Shown piece after piece: positions 27,020 to 41,535 of a stretch of DNA of 64,000 nt. Numbering within the stretch: the stretch's first letter is position 1; each line of letters starts with the position of its first letter. The notes under the pieces were generated by a model. It was not told the origin of the DNA, made no database searches, and saw nothing but the letters and a program-made list of their open reading frames with translations. The position numbers were made by a program, and so were the translations under genes. This stretch comes from Octopus vulgaris (taxonomy: Eukaryota). The DNA lies in NCBI GenBank assembly GCA_951406725.2, contig OX597817.1, forward strand, positions 153,202,001 to 153,266,000, in the 5' to 3' direction.

Positions 27020-29540
27020 TAAAGCGAACAAAAATACAGGGCGCTGAAATGGAAGTATAATATTGAAAGAAAGAGCCTGAAAGAGGTAATGAAGGAACTG
27101 AGACAGCGCCTCGTTACAAAGAAAGCAAAGATGGTAAGATACGACCGAAGAATGAAGGAATGCCAGAAGAATAGGTTATTCAGAGTAGATCAGAAGAGAT
27201 TCTACAAAGAAATAAATGGAGAGTGTACAAATGAAAAGTTGATACCAGGTAACATTGAAAATCAAAGGTTTTGGAGTGACATCTGGAGCAAAGACAAGGA
27301 GCACAAGAAGGATGCTAAATGGTTGCAAGAACTGAAACAAGCAGTAGTCTGTCCAAAACAGGCAGAACTAGTCATTTCAGTTAGGGAAGTGAAGGAAATC
27401 AGCAAAAAAATGGGCAACTGGAAGGCCCTGGGACCAGATGGAGTTCAAGGCTATTGGATCAAAAGATTTGGTAAATGCCATGCACAAATAGCTGCACAAC
27501 TCAAAACCTTGTTAAATGCTGACCAAGTAACACCAGAGTGATTGACAATGCATAGGACAATGGTGTGCTTGAAAACCATCGAAAAAGACAATACGATAAA
27601 CAATTACAGGCCAATATCCAGTCTGCCACTTATGCGGAAGTTATTGACTGCAATACTCGCAGAGTCATTGTCCGAACATCTGGAAAAAAATTTTTGAGTC
27701 TTGCCACATGAGTAGAAGGGTTGCAAGCGTAAGTGCAGAGGGACCAAAGATTAACTCCTGGTTGACAAAACTGTGCTCAGAGACTGCAAGAGAAGGAAAA
27801 GTAACTTAGCTATGTCATGGATGGACTATCGTAAGGCATACGATATGATCCCATACTTTTGGATTATGAAATGTATGAACCTATTTGGTATTGCATCGAA
27901 TGTTGAGCGATTGCTTGGAAAAAGCATGGTGAATTAGAGGACAGACCTGATAGCATACGAAAGATGTTTAGGGACAGTAGAAATCAGGAGGGGCATCTTC
28001 CAAGGGGACTGCCTGTCCCCACTGATCTTTGTACTGTACATGATACCACTAACACTGATTCTGAGGAAAGCAAAAGCTGGGTATGTATTCAAGAGCCGCC
28101 AACAAAAAGTCAACCATTTGTTATTCATGGATGACCTCAAACTTTATGGTAAAGATGAATCCCAAGTCAGTTCCCTTGTTGATACGGTGCATACCTTCAG
28201 TGCTGACATCAGGATGGAGTTCGAACTGAAAAAGTGTGGTATGTTAGTCTTGAAGAGAGGAAAAATTAAATCTATGGATGGACGGGCTAACGATACCATC
28301 GGGGGAGATTATGAAGTAGATAGAAGAGGCGGGCTATAAGTTCCTGGGGATTTTTGAAATGGATAAACTGACGAAGAAAGAAATGACAGAAACATTTAAG
28401 GTGGAGAACTTGCGCAGACTGAGACTGATCCTTAAGTCGAAATTAAACGGACGGAATTAGATCGAAGTTATCAACACCTGGGCGTTTCACTCCTTAGATA
28501 TGGAGCAGGGGTAATCGCATGAATAGTAGACGAACTAAACAGCTTAGACAGAAAGACAAGGAAGTTGCTAACTAGACATGGGTCACTCCACCCAAAAAGT
28601 GACATAGATAGACTGTATGTACTAAGAAAAAGAGGGGGGAAGAGGACTGATTGGATGTGAACACAACATTAGAGCAGAAGAAAACAACATAGCATGGTAT
28701 GTAAAAAATGCCACAGAACCGCTATTATTAGAAGTAAGAAGGTCAGGCTTGCGTAGGATGAAAGATTGCAAAGATAAAGCACTGCACAAGCAATTAAAAA
28801 CAAATGAAGCTGAAAATAGGTGGGTAAAGAAAAGAATGCGTGGTCAATTTCATAGGGATGTTGAAGATAAGACAGATAGAAAAAAAGATGGCTGTGGATG
28901 ACTAAAAGTGATTTAAAACCGGAATCGGAGGCTCTGTGCTGCCCAAGAGCAATCACTAAGAACAAACTACATAAAATACAGAATAAACACATCAGAAAGT
29001 GATAAGTGCAGAATCTGTATATAAAATGGTGAAACCGTATGTCATATTACCAGCCCAGAAGGAATATGAGACACCACGACATTATAGCCAGGCTTGTCCA
29101 TTGGACACTTTGCAACAAGTATGGATTTAACAGAGCAAAAAATTGGTACGACCACAAACCCGAAGTCATCATCGAAAATTTTGGGATTTTATGATTCAGT
29201 GCGACCATGAGATAGAGAATAGGAAACCAGACAAAGTTTTAATTGAGAAAGAAAAAAACTATGCTGGATCATAGATATAGCATGCCCAGCTAACAACAAA
29301 GTATGTGATAAGGAAGAAAGAAAAGTCGTGAGATATGACAGGTAAGCTTGGGAAGTTAAGCAGTTGTGGTCGATGAAAAAGGTAATAGTAGTACCATTAA
29401 TTGTCGAAGCCCTGGGAACAGTGAGCAAAATCTCGAGAAGTACATTGAACAAATAGGGGCTGCAATAAGGGTGGAGCACTTGCAGAAAACAGCACTGCTT
29501 GGAACCGCTCGAATACTCAGGAGTCCTTCCAAGTTTTGAG
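27020..29540 (+). mobile_element. Decayed R4/Dong-clade LINE (RT + restriction-like endonuclease)
   Basis: WKALGPDG, NYRPI, DYRKAYD, GIFQGDCLSP, LFMDDLKL, CRIC..ET..HI, RHD, RKPD, IIDIACP and ALLGTARILR, with many stops and frameshifts. Confidence 0.9.
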
Positions 29541-32321
29541 AGGCTGGGAGTTGTTCAAGGAATGACAATGTTATCTATCAGCATCTAGCGAGTATCCTAA
29601 GTATAGCCGGTGTCAGTTCTGTCTTTAAGGGTTGGATCACTGCAGTTTATACCTGTATTTGCTCGGTGGTTGGAGTAAATAACTACCCAACAGAGTTGTT
29701 TTGCATCAGGTGCTTGATCTCTTACGGTTTCCTCCCCTAATCACGTCTGTGAGATTGGCTCTTGAACCCTTGCACAGGTACACAAATGCAATACCTGCGT
29801 ACGCAGACGTTGTCGTTACAGAATATGGAAAAGTTTGGAAATCCCGGTGATCGATACCAAATCAGAGGAATATGAAGTAGTTAAATGAACAGAGACCAAC
29901 CGAGACAAATCAGTAGACCTTTAACTGAAATGCTCAAGGATATGTGAATTAAAACAGCAAGTAACTCATTAATAATCTTAAGAAATCTTTATTCTTCGAT
30001 CAAAAGAAATTGAACAACAGTTTACATTTATAAGATAGTTCAGGACGATATTACCACTCTGTCAATTGCGTTTTTATTTGTAACTTGACTACACATTTCC
30101 ACCATCAAACACAAATCTTCACAACCACCTCATACTCTCCACCGATCTTCGTATAATCTTAAGAACACTTTACTGAATCTTCACTTTTCAGAAAGACATA
30201 ACGTCTGGAACACTATATTTGCCCAGATGTCTTATGGCTTCATCTACTATCTTCTATCTTTCAACCTCAGACTTTTAACTTAAGCATTAAACCCCATTAA
30301 CCTCTGCCAGTTATTCCTGGTATTAGTTTACAGGAACTTCGGACAAATAAGAAGTTCAAAACTCTAAAACATTCTGTTTAATACGTAATGTTCGCGAACT
30401 CTTAACATCTACCTTATTATTAACTCAGTAACTTTTTCACAAGTATACACCAAGCACACGTTCTCTTTAAAGCAAGGTATAGCCTCCAAACTCTTCTTAA
30501 ATCCGGTGTAGGTATCATTTTGACACGTTTTCTCCAACAGAACCCATAAAACTGCTTCGATATTTCTAAAGGCGACCTATTAAAACGGATAAAATTCAGA
30601 AGACCTACAAGCTACGTTTTTATACTCTTTTCTGTTTCTTTTTCTAATTCACGCTCACTTATTAGTATATCTGTTAGTCTATCGCTCAATCTCTTTGTTT
30701 CACCCTTTTCTCTTATTCAACCCTCCTCCCCCTTCTCTCTCTCCTTGTATTGATCTATCTCTCTCTAATATTTCCAATATGATAATTATATTACTGAATG
30801 CTTTACCTAAAAATAGTCATGTTAAAGATGTCTTGATTCGCCAGCAGCAAATCACAGAAAATATCACAATTTTCGTCTTTCTTTCTTCTACTGTCTTCTA
30901 TGGTTAACACAAACAACTTTCGCGTTTGACGTCTGCATCAAAACTTTCTCCCATTGGGTATCAAAGATGTTTCACAAAAACAACACCAAGAACAACGGGA
31001 AAAATTAGAAAAACCAATAAAACAACGACAACAACAATGACATCAATATAAGAATCCCTCGCTACCACAACCATCACAAAATAACATGTATCAACTCAAG
31101 CAACAGCAGTCACGTTAATAAGTCTACAGGATCAAGGATGGCCGAGGACTAAATATCAACAACAATAGCCATATGAAAATACATCTCTACATCAAAAGGC
31201 AGTCGTTTGACTTGCAAGAGATAGAAGCCAATTTTTTTCGCAAATCATAACGTAGTATTTAAAATCGACCGGATTAAATGTGGCTCTATATACATAAATA
31301 TGTTTAGGATAAAAGACTGGAGAGCCATGACCGGAATGTCTTTGATCGTTACGATAGCACTTTCCTCTTTTCATCATCGTCATCATCATCGAAATCGTTG
31401 TTATCGTTGTCGTTATCATAATCTTCATCATCGTCGTCGTCGTCGTCGTCGTCGCCATCATCATTATTATCATCATCTACGCCACTCTGTATCACTATTC
31501 CTGGTAACATGGTTCTATGCGTAATCACAATACTATCATCTCCATTACCATCAAAATTATTTCCACACTACCACCACGATCTATAACAGTACAATGATGA
31601 TGACCACCATCACTGCCTCCGCCGCCACAAACGCTAGCATTCACAACAACAACTACATCAGCACTATTTCTCGCACAGGAACAATGTTTCTGGTTTAGAT
31701 ATGAGGGAGGCAAGCAGTTTTCTAGAGAATGAGTTAATCGATAACATCGATCCTCGTCCTTGACTGGTACTTTATTTTATTGTTCCAGAAGGCATGAAAG
31801 GGAGAGGAAAAATCCAGTAGAATTTGATCTCAGGACGAAAATGGTAGGAATAAATACCGGAAGGTATTTTGCCAGCTCGCCAGCTTCAACAGGTACAATA
31901 TTTAATTCTAATTTGGACATAAGGTCAGCAATTTTGGAAGGAGAAGAAGTCGATTATATTGACCTCATTGCTCAAGTGATGCTTATTTTATTGATCCCGA
32001 GAGAATGAGAGGCAAGGCCAATTTAGAAAGGAATTTAAACTTAGAATGGAACAAATTTAATGAAATATTGCAAGCCATTTTCTCCGACGTTCTGACGATT
32101 CTACAGCGCGCCGCCTTTCAAAGGACAGCATTAAACAGCTGAAGCTAAAATCGAAAGTGAAACTAGGGGGTCTGTTTATAGGAATATTATATTTGGCACG
32201 TGACGTTTGCACTAATGTCTTTAGTGCACATTCTAGATTAGAGTTCACAATTGTTACATTGTGGTGGATAGAAAGGTAGGCAGAGCTGCTTCGACGTCTG
32301 CTGCACCAGCTCTTCAAGATG

Positions 32322-32455
32322 TCACCACCACCACCACCACCACCACCACTACCACCGCCGCCGCCGCCGGCACCACCACCACCACCACCACCACCACCAC
32401 CACCACCACCACCACCACCACCACCACCACCACCATAACCACCACTACTACCACC

Positions 32456-32537
<82 letters not shown>

Positions 32538-32802
32538 CTCCTAACTACGACGAATATTACTACAACTACGACCCCCGCACCACCACTATTACTATTGGAT
32601 TACTACTACCACCATCACAACCACTGTCGTTACCCCACTACTATTACTACTACTACCACCACCACCACCACTGCCGCCACCGCCATCACCACCACCACCA
32701 CCACCACTACTACTACTACTAATACAAGCAGCTGCACATTGTTGGTGCCGAGCCAGTTATAATGATTGCACAGTTGAACGATGCTATTGCAGCAAATTGC
32801 AG

Positions 32803-32890
<88 letters not shown>

Positions 32891-33017
32891 CAGATGGTGG
32901 TGGAGAGAACAACGACACCAGACGTTCTTGGAACTGAAGTAGTAACAATTCATATATAACCATCAAGTGCAAAGAACAATGCAAGCAGCATCACCCGGGC
33001 TGGAGTTACCAGAAGGT

Positions 33018-33048
<31 letters not shown>

Positions 33049-33142
33049 CACCACCACCACCACCACTACTACTACTACTAATACTACTACCACAATCACC
33101 ACCACCACCACCACCACCACCACCACCACCACCACCACCACC

Positions 33143-33189
<47 letters not shown>

Positions 33190-33211
33190 CACCACCACCA
33201 CTACCACCACG

Positions 33212-33287
<76 letters not shown>

Positions 33288-33310
33288 ATACTACTACTAC
33301 TACTACTAGC
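32322..33310. repeat. (CAC)n/(TAC)n/(GA)n compound microsatellites with short unique spacers
   Basis: Directly visible. Confidence 0.9.
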
Positions 33311-34531
33311 AGCAAACAATGATATTCTTTCATTAGTACAAGTCCATAGAATTAGGAAGATGTAAGGTTTAGTGAATCGACTCCAGTATTTGACAATGGA
33401 CAGGAGGACGAAATCCTTAAGTCAGCTTCTGTGGGATTTGAATCTAGAACATAAATGTCGTAAATAAATAACTTAGCAACGATAGGTACTGCTTTGTGGT
33501 TAAAACATTTGAATCGCAACCAATCACTTGCTTTTCACACACATACATACACATGTATTTATGTCACAGATTTGCATGTGAAATTTGGTAGATAGTAATC
33601 TTGTGCCAGCCTGTTCGATGGAGTTCACTTCTAATTTAAGGGATCAAAGCTGTCATATACATATCGCACTGGTACTTCATGGGTTTTGCGTTAAGGGTCC
33701 AAATATTTGCGTATTACTCAAGCACGCATATTGTAATTCAAAGAGGCTGTAATTTCTTTGAGAGGCAACGAGAATAATCATCATCGAAACCGGTGGAGGA
33801 TCCACTTACTTTTTCCTTATATTTTATGTCGTTCATTCATACCGAGTAGAAAGAGTCAAATCAACACCACCTACTCTCCCAAAGAATTAGTAATGACAAC
33901 TTCCTGAAGATTTCCCGGAATATAGGTTATGTTTTGTAAATCATTTGCTTGTCACTACATTACGACCATGCTGGGGTACAACCTTTTAATGTTTAGTCGG
34001 ACAATTTGTCCCCCTGTATTCATTTTTCTGATACTTATTCTATCGGTTCCTTTCGCTAAACCGTTACGTTATGGGAGACGTTTTTAGTTGTCAGTATATC
34101 TGAAGTTAGTGATTTGCAAATAAAGATTTGAGAAACACTTCATTGATTATAGCAGATTATAGCAGATTGCAGCAGATTAGAGCTGCATTCGGCTGTAAAT
34201 ATTCTGAAAATACCCGCGCAGGAAATTATTTCTATGTAGTCAAACATGGATTATAAATAAAACCTTTTGTATATTCTGCTGAGGAAATTGCTTTTCATTT
34301 TTCATGCGTGGCAGATAAATAAATATGCAACGTTGTAATTATGCCAAAAGTTGCATAGATTACTGAGAAGGCACCACTGTAGACCAGAATTATCAATCAT
34401 TCTTATTTTCAAAATTACTTCCAACGAATATAATATGACGCTGTCAAACAAAAGATTATGCGATTATGAATACAAGCAAAATTTGGTAGAATGCAAATTA
34501 GTTATACAGGCTGTGTTATATGTTATAGAAA

Positions 34532-34926
34532 TCTTTATATTATAAAACTTAAGTTGTGTGTCTGTCTCCTACGATTTAGATTCCTAACTACTCCCACATT
34601 TTGCGGTGCAGTTTAACCAAAACCGGGTATCTTATAGTCGTGATTCATATCGAGCCCTTCTGGGTATTAGCGTGCGTCTACGATGAGTCTACGATTTAAA
34701 AAAAATTTACCATCTTTTTTTCCTATTTTTAATGTATTTTTGGCATATATAAGGGAAGCAACTCTCTAAAAAATGTCTACGATGAGTCAACGATTTAAAA
34801 AAAAATTACCATGATTTTTTTCCATTTTTAATGCATTTTTTTGCTATTTTTTGGCTATAACTCTCTAAAAATGCTTATATAGTTATTTCCCTTACAAATC
34901 CGAGCAACGCCGGGCGATATTGCTAG
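34532..34926 (+). mobile_element. Non-autonomous Helitron
   Basis: A|TC 5' end, 3' hairpin CCGAGCAACGCCGG followed by CTAG|T, no TSD. Internal repeats of TCTACGATGAGTC.ACGATTTAAAA. Confidence 0.85.
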
Positions 34927-35634
34927 TATAAAATAATTTTGTTTTAGAAACATTTCATTGTTCTTTGTGATGTGGATTCGAAATTATAACTCGATCCATA
35001 CTTATATTACTAAACAATTTAATCTGAATTGCCGAAATGCCACATTTTAAAGGAGAAAATCATAGCCTATATTTTATTCTTATTCAAAAATAACAGTGAT
35101 TATATCTCATAGATCTTTTCAAAATATCAGCATCACTATCGGTCGTTAATTTGGACAGTAATTGGTTAAAGAATTGTTAATAACTGAACAGACAGGAAAA
35201 AGCCATAGAGATTTCAACGAATTAACAACAACCAAAGTTCATTGAAAGTATCAGCTTACAAACTCCCTATGGCTAGAAGTGTTGATTGGTTTTCTCTTTA
35301 AATGAAGATGTAACGAATTAAATAGTGTTATGGTGAAGACAGAAAGTGCTGGAGTTAGGTCTTCTGCTTCCGAACAAAGCAACCTTCAATTAATACTTGA
35401 AACAGAAGGTAATGAAAGTATACTAACCAGTGGATGCTCATATTTCAAGAATAGTAGGTAAGCGAAGATGCATTAACATAAATCAAAAATGATCAGATGA
35501 ATAGTCTTGTTTCCATTGCCGACTGGAGAAAACGGAAGTCTTTCTCTGCTTCAATTTTCGGACACTTCCTGTCTTTTATCTGACTAATTCTTATAAGATG
35601 TATTTTTCTATTTCTCTTTCTCTTTTTTTTTTTC

Positions 35635-35852
35635 TTTTACTTGTTTCAGTCATCTGACTGTGACCATGCTGGAGCACCGCCTTTAGTCGAGCAAATCGAA
35701 CCCAGGGCTTATACTTTGTAAGCCTAGTACTTATTCTATCGGTCTCTTTTGCCGAACCGCTAATTACGGGAACGTAAACACACCAGCATCGGTTGTCAAG
35801 CGATGTTGGGGCGACAAACACAGACACACAAACATACTCACACACACACACA

Positions 35853-35923
<71 letters not shown>

Positions 35924-36103
35924 GTATATACATATATACGACAGGTTTCTTTCAGTTTCCGTCTACCAAATCCACTCACAAGGCTTTGGTCGGCCCGTGG
36001 CTATTGTAGAAGACACTTGCCCAAGGTGCCACGCAGTGGGACCGAACCCGGAACCATGTGGTTCGTAAGCAAGTTAATTACCACACATCCACTCCTACGC
36101 CTA
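35635..36103 (-). mobile_element. Full-length SINE family B with internal (TA)n(TG)n
   Basis: Reverse complement of the copy at 36604-37012. Confidence 0.9.
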
Positions 36104-36209
36104 TTTAATCAATTTTATAAATTTTTTTATAAAATTGATAAAATAGAAAAATACATGATTCTTCTCTTCTAATTTTTTTGCTTTTGTTTTTGCTTCGCCA
36201 AACATAATC

Positions 36210-36356
36210 TTTTCCACTCTAGGCACAAGGCCCGAAATTTTTGGGAAGGGGACCAGTCAATTAGATCGACTCCAACTGGTACTTAATTTATCGATCCCGA
36301 AAGGATGAAAGGCAAAGTCGACCTCGGCGGAATTTGAACTCAGAACATAAAGACAG
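36210..36356 (-). mobile_element. SINE family A, truncated
   Basis: Central block and tail. Abuts the LINE at 36357. Confidence 0.8.
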
Positions 36357-38791
36357 GAAATATTGTGGGAAACTAGTCCCATAGCATGCCTAAACATAAT
36401 CTGGAAGATACTCACTGGATTATCTGCGGCAAAGACATACACGTTCCTGGCACAGGAAGAAATACTACCGAGGGAAAAAAGAAATCTAGAAAGAGTTCTC
36501 AGGAGACCAAGGATCACCTGGTCGTCGATAAGACAGCTTTGAGGCATTGTAAAAAACATCATACAAACATGTCTATGGCTTGGATTAATTTTAAAAAGGC
36601 ATATAGGCGCAGGAGTGGCTGTGTGGTAAGTAGCTTGCTTACCAACCACATGGTTCCGGGTTCAGTCCCACTGCGTGGCATCTTGGGCAAGTGTCTTCCG
36701 CTATAGCCCCGGGCCGACCAATGCCTTGTGAGTGGATTTGGTAGACGGAAACTGAAAGAAACCTGTCGTATATATGTATATATGTATGTGTGTGTGTGTG
36801 TTTGTGTGTCTGTGTTTGTCCCCCCAGCATTGCTTGAAAACCGATGCTGGTGTATTTACGTACCCGTCACTTAGCGGTTTGGCAAAAGAGACCGATAGAA
36901 TAAGTACTGGGCTTACGAAGAATAAGTCCCGGGGTCGATTTGCTCGACTAAAGGCGGTGCTCCAGCATGGCCGCAGTCAAATGACTGAAACAAGTAAAAG
37001 AGTAAAAAGAGTATTTGATATGATGTCTCATTCTTGGATCATCGAATAACTGCCGATGTTTGGTGTTGCTGATAATATCACAAATTGCCTGATGCATAGC
37101 ATGAAAGAGTGGAAAACCAAACTGTACTCAAGTAATGTATTCCTTGGAAAAGTTAATATTAAAAGGAGAATCTTCCAATAAGTAACGTGTTCTCCGTTAC
37201 TTTTTTAATTACACTAATACCCATGACAATGACACTTAGGAAAGTTAAGATAGGTTACTGATGAGGGAAGAAAGGCCCATCATCGAACCATCTGTTTATG
37301 GATGATCTGAAATTGCTTGCGAAATCTGAAAAGCAGATAGATTCCTTAATCAAAACTGTCCAGACGTGTGGTAGGGACATCGGCATGGAATTTGGGATCA
37401 CCAAACGCTCAGTACTTAATATGAAAAGAGGGAAGAAAGCAGCCTGCAGAGGATTGCGGTTACCATCAGGAGAGACCATGAGTGAACCCGACGGTAGTCG
37501 GTTTAGATATTTAGAGATTTTGGATCTGGATGACATTCTACACAGAGAAATTAAAGTCAAGATCAGCGAGGCATATAAAAAAAGGGTGAAGATGGTGTTG
37601 AAATCCAATCTGAATGCCAAAAATTTGATTACCGCAATGAATATCTGGGCAGTTGCGGTGGTCAGATATAGTGCATTCATCCTTAAATGGACTAAGGAGG
37701 AAATATCAACACTTGATAGAAGGACGAGAAAGTTGATGACACTGCATGGGGCGCTACACCTTAATGCATACGTAAACAGACTGTATATGAAAAGAAAGAG
37801 TGACAGCAGAGGACTAATTGGTATAGACCATTGTATAAGGAGTGAAAGGAAAACGCTTGCCAAGTATTTGATAGACAGTGATGAAAACCTGCTGCAATAT
37901 GCCGCGAAATATGTGTGTAAATGTAGATGAAATGATGAACAAGGTAGAGTTTAACCAAAGTGCTGAGAAGAGAAAAGAAGACCTTGAAATGAGAATGCAT
38001 GGACAGTTTGAAAGGAATATACAAGACGTCAAGGATAATACAGCATCGGGGACATGGCTTGAGCGAGGTGATTTGAAGCGTACCACCGAAAGGCTGATCA
38101 TTGCTGCACAGGACCAGGCTCTCGCCACCAATTCGGGTAAGTATAACATCTATAAAACTTCTGACACCCAGAAATGCAGACTATGTGGAAAGGGTGTGGA
38201 AAACGGGACCCACTTGGTAAGTGAATATGAAAGCCTTGCCGCCACTTGGTAAGTGGATGTGAAATACAAACGCCGCCACGATAAAGTGTGTGTGTATATC
38301 TTCATAGGCTCTTATGCCGTAAATACCAATATGGAGTAACAGAGGGCCAAGTAAAGTTATGCAGGAAGACAGAAAAGTAACTATACTCTGGGACTATGAT
38401 TTTCAGACGGATCGTGTAATCGAACACCGTCGGCCGGACATTGTCATATTGAATAAGAAAGACAAATACTGTCAGATCATTGATGTAGCCATACCAAATG
38501 ACATGAATGTTGTGAGTAGAGATGTCGAAAAAAAATACCAAGTACTTCGAATTGAAAGTGGAAATGGCAAGATTGTATGGAATGCGAGAGGGTAATGTAA
38601 AAAGGATACCAGTGGCTCAACACCATTGAAACTTGAAGACTTCTTAAGGCAACTGGAAATCCCATGCAAGCACATGAGATTTCCAGTTGCCTTATTGGGC
38701 ACAGCGCACATCTTAAGGAAAGTACTATCTGTCTGAAGTCCTTGTGATTTGACAGATGACTGCGTTTTTACCTACATTGTGTTACGAAGGT
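36357..38791 (+). mobile_element. Decayed R4/Dong-clade LINE ending in (TAA)n, interrupted by a SINE
   Basis: TKDHLVVDK, AWINFKKA, LFMDDLKL, AAQDQAL, CRLCGK, KRRHD, RRPDIV, IIDVAIP and ALLGTAHILRK. (TAA)n starts at 38792. Confidence 0.9.
36604..37012 (+). mobile_element. Full-length SINE family B nested in the R4 RT
   Basis: tRNA-like head, CORE-like block, internal (TA)(TG) repeat and AAAAGAGT tail. It splits the LINE motif KKA|FDM. Confidence 0.92.
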
Positions 38792-38803
38792 ATAATAATA
38801 ATG

Positions 38804-38858
<55 letters not shown>

Positions 38859-38896
38859 TAATAATAATAATAATAATAATAATGATGATGATGATG

Positions 38897-38956
<60 letters not shown>

Positions 38957-39511
38957 GCCCTGATGCAGTACCAGGCAATGGCTCTCATGGCTTCTGATCT
39001 TAACTGATTGGAAGTGTTATCATGTACATTGTTTTGTCTTGGTATAAAAGATGGGCTACAGCAAATATTCTGCTCAATACCACAGATTTGCTTGTCAGTT
39101 GTTTGACCTTAACCAGTTGAGCATGTCCCTTAGTGGCAGACGATATGTGCATCTCTGATCACGAGCAGAAGTAGTGGGGGAGCATCATAGCCATGTGTTG
39201 AGAGGGATTCTTTGGGGTTTGAATAATTCACCTCTGGAAATATGGGTGGTTCTTTCAACATCCTTAAACAACCCTTATTCAGGGACCGTTTGAGCGGGAT
39301 GGGCTACTCAACCTGAAGAAAATTCTAACTGGGCCCCACCTGCAAGGTCATGTGCTGTTTATCTTGATATGAGATCACCATGTCGCGCACATATGGTTGT
39401 GATGCATGTGCCTGGTGTGCCTTTATCAGACGGGTAGTCATGATGGGTATATTGGGCTTCGTATATTTTACCCCAGTGTCACTTTGATGGCATGAACTGC
39501 TCTCTCACTCA
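38957..39511 (+). mobile_element. ~555-bp non-coding element in (TAA)n, copy 1
   Basis: GCCCTGATGCAGTACCAGGC...CTCTCTCACTC with (TAA)n on both sides. Near-identical to 43396-43923 and 45348-45901. Confidence 0.9.
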
Positions 39512-39526
39512 ATAATAATAATAATA

Positions 39527-39830
39527 ATGGTGACCCCCTTCGGTCAGACACTGACCATGGGTTTGCACCTAGAGAGTTACCCTCTGAGGCACAAGTCTGG
39601 GCAAGGTTGTTTTTTATGGAAGACTGGCAGTCGCCCATGCATACCGGCCTCCCCTCTCCACGTCACCGATGTTGTCCAAGGGAAAGGCAAGGGCCGATAC
39701 AGCTTGGCACCTGTGACGTCGCAACTCATTTCTACAGCTGAGTGAACTGGAGCAACGTGAGATAAAGTGTCTTGCTCAAATATGAGATAAAGTGTCTTGC
39801 TCAAGAAGGAGATAAAGTGTCTTGCTCAAG
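39527..39830 (-). mobile_element. 5'-truncated SINE (family C-like CORE block + different tail)
   Basis: The reverse complement reads TTGAGCAAGACACTTTATCTCACGTTGCTCCAG, matching the block at ~24932-24965. Confidence 0.7.
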
Positions 39831-39915
<85 letters not shown>

Positions 39916-39927
39916 TAATAATAAATC

Positions 39928-40268
39928 TCTAAAAGAAACGGACTAACTCTCAAAATACAAAGATATTGAAATAGAGGTAACTCGAATGTGAAATCTAGAA
40001 ACAGAAACAATCCCTATATTAATAGTTGCATTACGTACGATTAAAAAACATACAGACAAATGCATAACCAAAACACGAGGACTTACGAATATATATAACA
40101 TACAGAAAATAGCATTACTAGGCACCACGCACATCCTACGCAAATCCCTTTGAATACAGGGAAAATAAGAGCACCACAACAAACCACAGCAGATACCCAA
40201 GGCATACAGAGCTGCGCTCGGTAGTGCAGTGAAAGCACGTGATAAAAATAAGACTACTGAATAATAAT
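39928..40268 (+). mobile_element. R4/Dong 3'-end fragment flanked by (TAA)n
   Basis: SKYKDIEIEVTRM...NIQKIALLGTTHILRKSL*, then 3' UTR and AATAATAAT. Confidence 0.8.
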
Positions 40269-40269
40269 G

Positions 40270-41180
40270 AAGTATACGATATGGTCTCTCAATCGTGGAA
40301 TATGTATTATTTGAAAATAGTTGGAATTGCACAAAATATTGTAAATCTATTGAACCGAAGTATGAATGAATGGATCCCTGACCCCACATCGCAGAGGCAA
40401 AGCTTAGGCTTTGTTATCATCAAACGGGGACTCAATTCAAGGAGATAACTTTTCCCCCATTGCTTTATGCATTGTGTGCGATACCGCTCCCTTTGATTTT
40501 GATAACACAAAAGCTTGGTATGAATTCAATTTAAAGAATAGATGAGATCAATTATCACCTTTTTATGGACGACCTGAAACTTTATGGGAAAGATGAAAAC
40601 TAGCTGAATTCAATGATTCAGAGAATGCATTGTTTTTGAGCGGATATTAAAATTAAATTTGGGATGAAAAGAGTGGAGTGTTGATTCTAAAAAAGAGATA
40701 GAGTCCAACAAGTGGATGATATGAACATGGGCCAAATGGTGTGATAGAAAATGAAAGAAAAAAATCCTTTAGGACTTCATGACTCAGTGTGATCAGAGAC
40801 TCGAACATCGGAAACCTGTTATTGTGCTGGTAGACAAAGAAGAAAAACCGTGCCTGATCATAAACAGTATTTGCACTGGAGACAGCAGAATCGTTGAAAA
40901 ACCGATGCGATATGTATCTCTGAGGAGAGAAACCAAAAAGCTGTGGTAATTGAAAAAAATGATGGTATTGTTTTAATTGTTGGTGCCAAAAAAATGGTTA
41001 GAAAATATACGAATAAAAATGAAAAACAACACATCTAGAAAACAGCATTACTTGGCAGTTCAAGGATTCTCCGCAAAGTTCTGAAAACTAGAAAAGAGAA
41101 TACTACTTTAGTTCATGGGAAGCGAACGATTGGTACATGAATGACACCTCCGGCAACAAGCTGAGTATGTTAGATGTGAA
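40270..41180 (+). mobile_element. Old, internally deleted R4/Dong LINE
   Basis: YDMVSQSW, FMDDLKLYGKDE, HRKPVIVLVDK and TALLGSSRILRKVL. Confidence 0.75.
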
Positions 41181-41219
41181 AATAACAACGACAACTACAA
41201 CAGTCACAACAACAACGAC

Positions 41220-41535
41220 TTTCTACTACGGGCACAAGGCCTGAAATTTTGGAGGAGGGGGATAGTCGATTACATCGGTCTCAGTACTCAACTGGTACTT
41301 ATTTTATCGACCCCGAAAGGATGAAAGACGAAATCGACCTCGGCGCAATTTGAACTCAGAACGTAAGGACGGACGAAATACTGCTAAGCATTTTGACTGT
41401 TGGGCTAATGATTCTGCCAGTTCGTCACCTTCATAATGGTTTCAAATTTTGCCGCAAGGGCAGCCATTTTGGGGGAGCGGATGAGTCGATGTAATCGACC
41501 CTAGTGTTCAACTGGTACTTAATTTATCACCCTCG
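41220..41535 (-). mobile_element. SINE family A plus adjacent partial copy
   Basis: Conserved central block and tail. Confidence 0.8.

Noticed and set aside
32057-32722. Thr-rich (+) and Gly/Ser-rich (-) ORFs resembling mucin or low-complexity proteins
   Set aside because: Driven by (CAC)n/(TAC)n, with no domain or supported exon structure.
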